This document shows positions 56,860 through 59,418 of a stretch of 59,418 nt of DNA, in pieces. The notes beneath the pieces were generated by a model. It ran no database searches. It was not told where the DNA came from and saw only the letters and a program-made list of their open reading frames with translations. The stretch is from the NCBI GenBank assembly GCA_964585225.1, contig CAZPCZ010000002.1, forward strand, positions 1 through 59,418. The letters run 5' to 3'. The position numbers and the translations under genes are program-made. Source of the stretch: an uncultured Gammaproteobacteria bacterium (GTDB lineage: Bacteria > Patescibacteriota > Patescibacteriia > JACPHY01). Position 1 is the stretch's first letter. Each line of letters opens with the position of its first letter.

Positions 56860-57267
56860 ATGTCAACGCAGGTACTCTTGGACACCAACATCGTCATCGA
56901 GCATCTACGGGACGATCCGATGGTCGCCCCGTTCTTCGATGCGATCGGCCGCGGCACGCTGGTGCCCGCAGTATCGACCATCACGGAGTTCGAACTGCTC
57001 CGGTATCCCGACCTCATCGACACCCACGAAATTGTGATCCTCCGCCTCCTCAACGACTTCCGAATACATACGGTTGGCAGGAGGACGGCACAAATTGCCG
57101 CACTCCTCTACCGACGGTACCGCGGAAAAACCAACGACCTTCTCATCGCTGCGACAGCGATTGAGCACAGCGTCCCGCTCCTCACGAGGAACATTCGGGA
57201 CTTTCGGAAGATTCAAGAGCTCAAGCTCCTCGCGGAACCACCTATTAATCCTACGGAGCACGTCTAA
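56860..57267 (+). CDS. PIN domain (VapC) toxin
   Basis: VLLDTNIVI, STITEFEL, NDLLIAATA, LLTRNIRDF. Confidence 0.92.
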   Translation: MSTQVLLDTNIVIEHLRDDPMVAPFFDAIGRGTLVPAVSTITEFELLRYPDLIDTHEIVILRLLNDFRIHTVGRRTAQIAALLYRRYRGKTNDLLIAATAIEHSVPLLTRNIRDFRKIQELKLLAEPPINPTEHV

Positions 57268-57298
57268 TTGAAATCCGTAAAATCTCACCGTAATGGAC

Positions 57299-57330
57299 AG
57301 TAAAAGTGGCTCAAAGGAGCCACTTTTACT
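57299..57330. terminator. Bidirectional intrinsic terminator
   Basis: AGTAAAAGTGGCTC-aaag-GAGCCACTTTTACT perfect 14-bp stem. Confidence 0.85.
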
Positions 57331-57339
57331 TATTGGTGC

Positions 57340-57368
57340 TTGACAGAATTGACAGAGTATGCTATGGT
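57340..57368 (+). promoter_or_regulatory. sigma70-like promoter with extended -10
   Basis: TTGACA-17-TATGGT preceded by TGC. Confidence 0.7.
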
Positions 57369-57374
57369 GGTTTT

Positions 57375-57760
57375 GTTGATACTCGTTCGTGCCACACGCT
57401 CTTCACCAACCCACGGAGGAGAGAGCCCGAGGTGGCCGGGTCATGCGCCACCGCACCACGTGTTTCATGGTGCCAATTTCAGAAAATCCTGATCCCCGCC
57501 GAACTCTCTCCCCACAAGGAGGGAGTTTGGTCGTTCTCATCGTATCTCCACCCGGGTTCCAGGGGGCCGCGCCTTCGTTCGCAAGAATGATTGCCTCTGG
57601 AGCCCGGGTTGGGATGCGAAGCCAAAGAGTGACGCGGTCTGCACCACAGCGTCGTCCTCCCACCCGAGCGCCGGATCCTCAAGTGGGATTCGGTGCTCAG
57701 GTGGGAGTCGCACCTTCAACCCACAACTGCCCGAGGCAAGGCCTCGGGGGAAAGGAGCGC
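57375..57760 (+). ncRNA. Putative long structured leader RNA
   Basis: About 390 nt with long hairpins at ~57500-57530, 57548-57613, 57660-57702, 57730-57750. Confidence 0.35.
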
Positions 57761-57762
57761 AG

Positions 57763-58188
57763 ATGCATCTGCTCAATGCGTTCTCCCTCAACATGCTCGG
57801 CGGATTTCCGGCCGTCGTGCGCGTGGAGGAGATTTCGCTCGAAAAGGCGCGGCACCTCGCGCGGGGCATCTGCTCCGCGTGCGGCGGAACGCCCGATCCC
57901 CAACACCGCGGCCTGTCCATCGAGGACGCGGGGGCATGGGGCGGGCAGAGCGGCTGCGGTGATCTCCACCGCTTCGAGCCGCTCGCCTCCGCCGTCGGCC
58001 ACACCGACACGGCCGCGGTGTTCGCGGACGTACTCGGCGTGCCGGTGCCAGCCGCGCGAGTGACCGTGTCGCTGAAGCAAGGCGACGCGGCGCTCGTAGG
58101 CCAGTACCGCGGGCCGCGTCTCCCGGAGGGTGCGACACGCCTTCCGGAGGAGGCCACGATCCAGTGGCTCCTCGTCTCGGTCGAGTGA
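57763..58188 (+). CDS. DUF1874 / STIV B116-like protein with Cys/His-rich insertion
   Basis: MHLLNAFSLNML, SAVGHTDTAAVFADVLGV, GDAALVGQY.GPRLPEGATRLP; insert ICSACGG...CGDLH; SD AAAGGAG. Confidence 0.8.
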   Translation: MHLLNAFSLNMLGGFPAVVRVEEISLEKARHLARGICSACGGTPDPQHRGLSIEDAGAWGGQSGCGDLHRFEPLASAVGHTDTAAVFADVLGVPVPAARVTVSLKQGDAALVGQYRGPRLPEGATRLPEEATIQWLLVSVE

Positions 58189-58214
58189 CGACCGTTACGA
58201 AGTGGACGGACGAG

Positions 58215-58342
58215 CACCGTGCCGGGTTTTCGGGTGATACCCCGGCACGAACGACAGATCATCCAGGTCCCGACTTCGGTCGGGACTCCATCCGAGGGGT
58301 CAGAAAAATATCGGACAGCTCAGATGGGGATTGAACTTTTCA
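58215..58342. repeat. Structured ~130-nt intergenic element, copy 1
   Basis: Homologous to 59078-59213; multi-stem with possible pseudoknot. Confidence 0.9.
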
Positions 58343-58479
58343 ACCGACAATCCGACCCTGGTGGCTGATCCCACAGCGAACCACGGGGCAAGTATTGTGC
58401 AGCCACCCGAGCGTGGCTCCAGAATCCTTGTCCTGTGGCATGGTGCCGCAGTGACGGACCGCGACAGCGGAAGGAGGAA

Positions 58480-59073
58480 ATGATGAAGTTCACGAAGCTC
58501 TGCGCTCGCTTCATGGGGGGGAGCACGGATGAGGAGGGCATCGGCGTCGCCCTCCGGGCCGCCTTCGGCCCGTTCGGCTCCCTCACCGAGGGAGTCGAAA
58601 CCGAGGAGCTCGCCGCAGCGATGCTGCGGTGGGTGAACGCCAAGGAGGACGAGCAGCTGGCGCTGGCCGGGGAGATCGTCCGGCTCGTCTGGTCGGCGAC
58701 GACCGACGAGCACTCGAGCGTCGAACTCGAGCGGTGGGGGCTCACCCTCCGCACCCCGACGTCGGGGACGCGGATCCGCCTCTGCCACGGAGGCGGAAAC
58801 CTCTTCGTGGAAGTGGACTTCGGACCCGAGGGGTCCGAGTCCAGGGCGGTGGAGATCCTCGCCGCTGCCGAGCGCGCGGGCGTCAGGTTCGACGCCTACG
58901 CCAAGCGGGGGCGCGTCGAGCGCGGGGACGTGCTCGACGCCCTGCGCGCGAGGGCGCGGCGCAACCTCTCACAGCTCCAGGGCCAGTGGCACGGCCGCTG
59001 GTCCAAGGAGGAGAAGGATGCGATCGTCTCCCGCGCGCGCGGGGAGGTCGCCTTCTTCGCGGGGTTGGCGTAG
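58480..59073 (+). CDS. Hypothetical protein
   Basis: SD AAGGAGG, 197 aa. Confidence 0.75.
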   Translation: MMKFTKLCARFMGGSTDEEGIGVALRAAFGPFGSLTEGVETEELAAAMLRWVNAKEDEQLALAGEIVRLVWSATTDEHSSVELERWGLTLRTPTSGTRIRLCHGGGNLFVEVDFGPEGSESRAVEILAAAERAGVRFDAYAKRGRVERGDVLDALRARARRNLSQLQGQWHGRWSKEEKDAIVSRARGEVAFFAGLA

Positions 59074-59077
59074 CACA

Positions 59078-59213
59078 CACCGTGCCGGTTTTTCGGGTGA
59101 TACCCCGGCACGGACGACAGATCACCCAGGTCCCCCGATGGACATCGGGGGGCTCCATCCGAGGACTCGAAGACGAAACACTTCGAGGGCTCAGATGGGG
59201 ATCGAACTTTTCA
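59078..59213. repeat. Structured ~135-nt intergenic element, copy 2
   Basis: Begins 4 nt after the TAG; conserved ends, variable internal stems. Confidence 0.9.
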
Positions 59214-59418
59214 CTCATGCCGTTGCCCGACAAGAAAAGGCGAGAGCCGACCTTCAACGGTCGTCGGGGAACCGCGGGACTGCAACTGTCCCCAACGGCA
59301 CCAATCTGCAGTGCGATCGCGAGATCGCAGAAAGGATCGTGATGGTCTGCAGAAGTGGGAACCATCGAGGAATAACGGCGCCTCGACGGGGATGTATAAG
59401 CAGCGCGGGAACTGGGAC

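Noticed and set aside
57389-58063. Plus-strand ORFs spanning the structured leader
   Set aside because: Low-complexity translation that overlaps the well-supported DUF1874 gene in another frame; a short peptide cannot be fully excluded
58215-59213. Integron attC sites
   Set aside because: No RYYYAAC/GTTRRRY ends, and no integron-integrase insertion motif in the Xer protein
59255-59300. Cobalamin riboswitch-like GGGAA...GCAACTGT
   Set aside because: The remaining B12-box and core elements are absent; a simple hairpin explains it

Overview
High-GC bacterial chromosomal segment that looks like Patescibacteria/CPR (Parcubacteria-like). The basis is the rpsO-NYN-pnp order, seven tandem CPR-type pilins, GT-C/GT2 glycosyltransferases, rpsF-ssb-rpsR, and no biosynthetic genes. 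Recognisable core genes: lspA, dksA-like, pnp, rpsO, a Xer-type recombinase, 3 tRNAs, galU, epmA, rpsR, ssb, rpsF, a LysM/M23 peptidase, rnhB, K+-independent hppA, tig, nfo, trxB, two type II toxin-antitoxin pairs, and a 1767-aa CARDB surface protein. No rRNA, CRISPR array, reverse transcriptase or transposase was seen. Four observations stand out. (1) A four-helix-bundle (IVS/Avd-like) gene is bracketed by inverted arms of 7-nt tandem units, and about 15 empty or partial arrays of the same design are scattered through the window. Together with other palindrome families, they are often inserted in frame into housekeeping proteins (LspA, Xer, EpmA, RNase HII, glycosyltransferases). (2) A ~130-nt multi-stem, probably pseudoknotted element with compensatory changes is repeated after each gene in a phage-like cassette region at the right end. 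(3) The left end holds a module of a 4xHTH protein, a divergent MORC-like GHKL ATPase, a coiled-coil protein and a methyltransferase-fold gene. (4) The first 20 codons of the Xer gene are duplicated with mostly synonymous divergence around a structured insert. All family calls are from motif recognition by eye; no searches or folding programs were run, so novelty is unverified.
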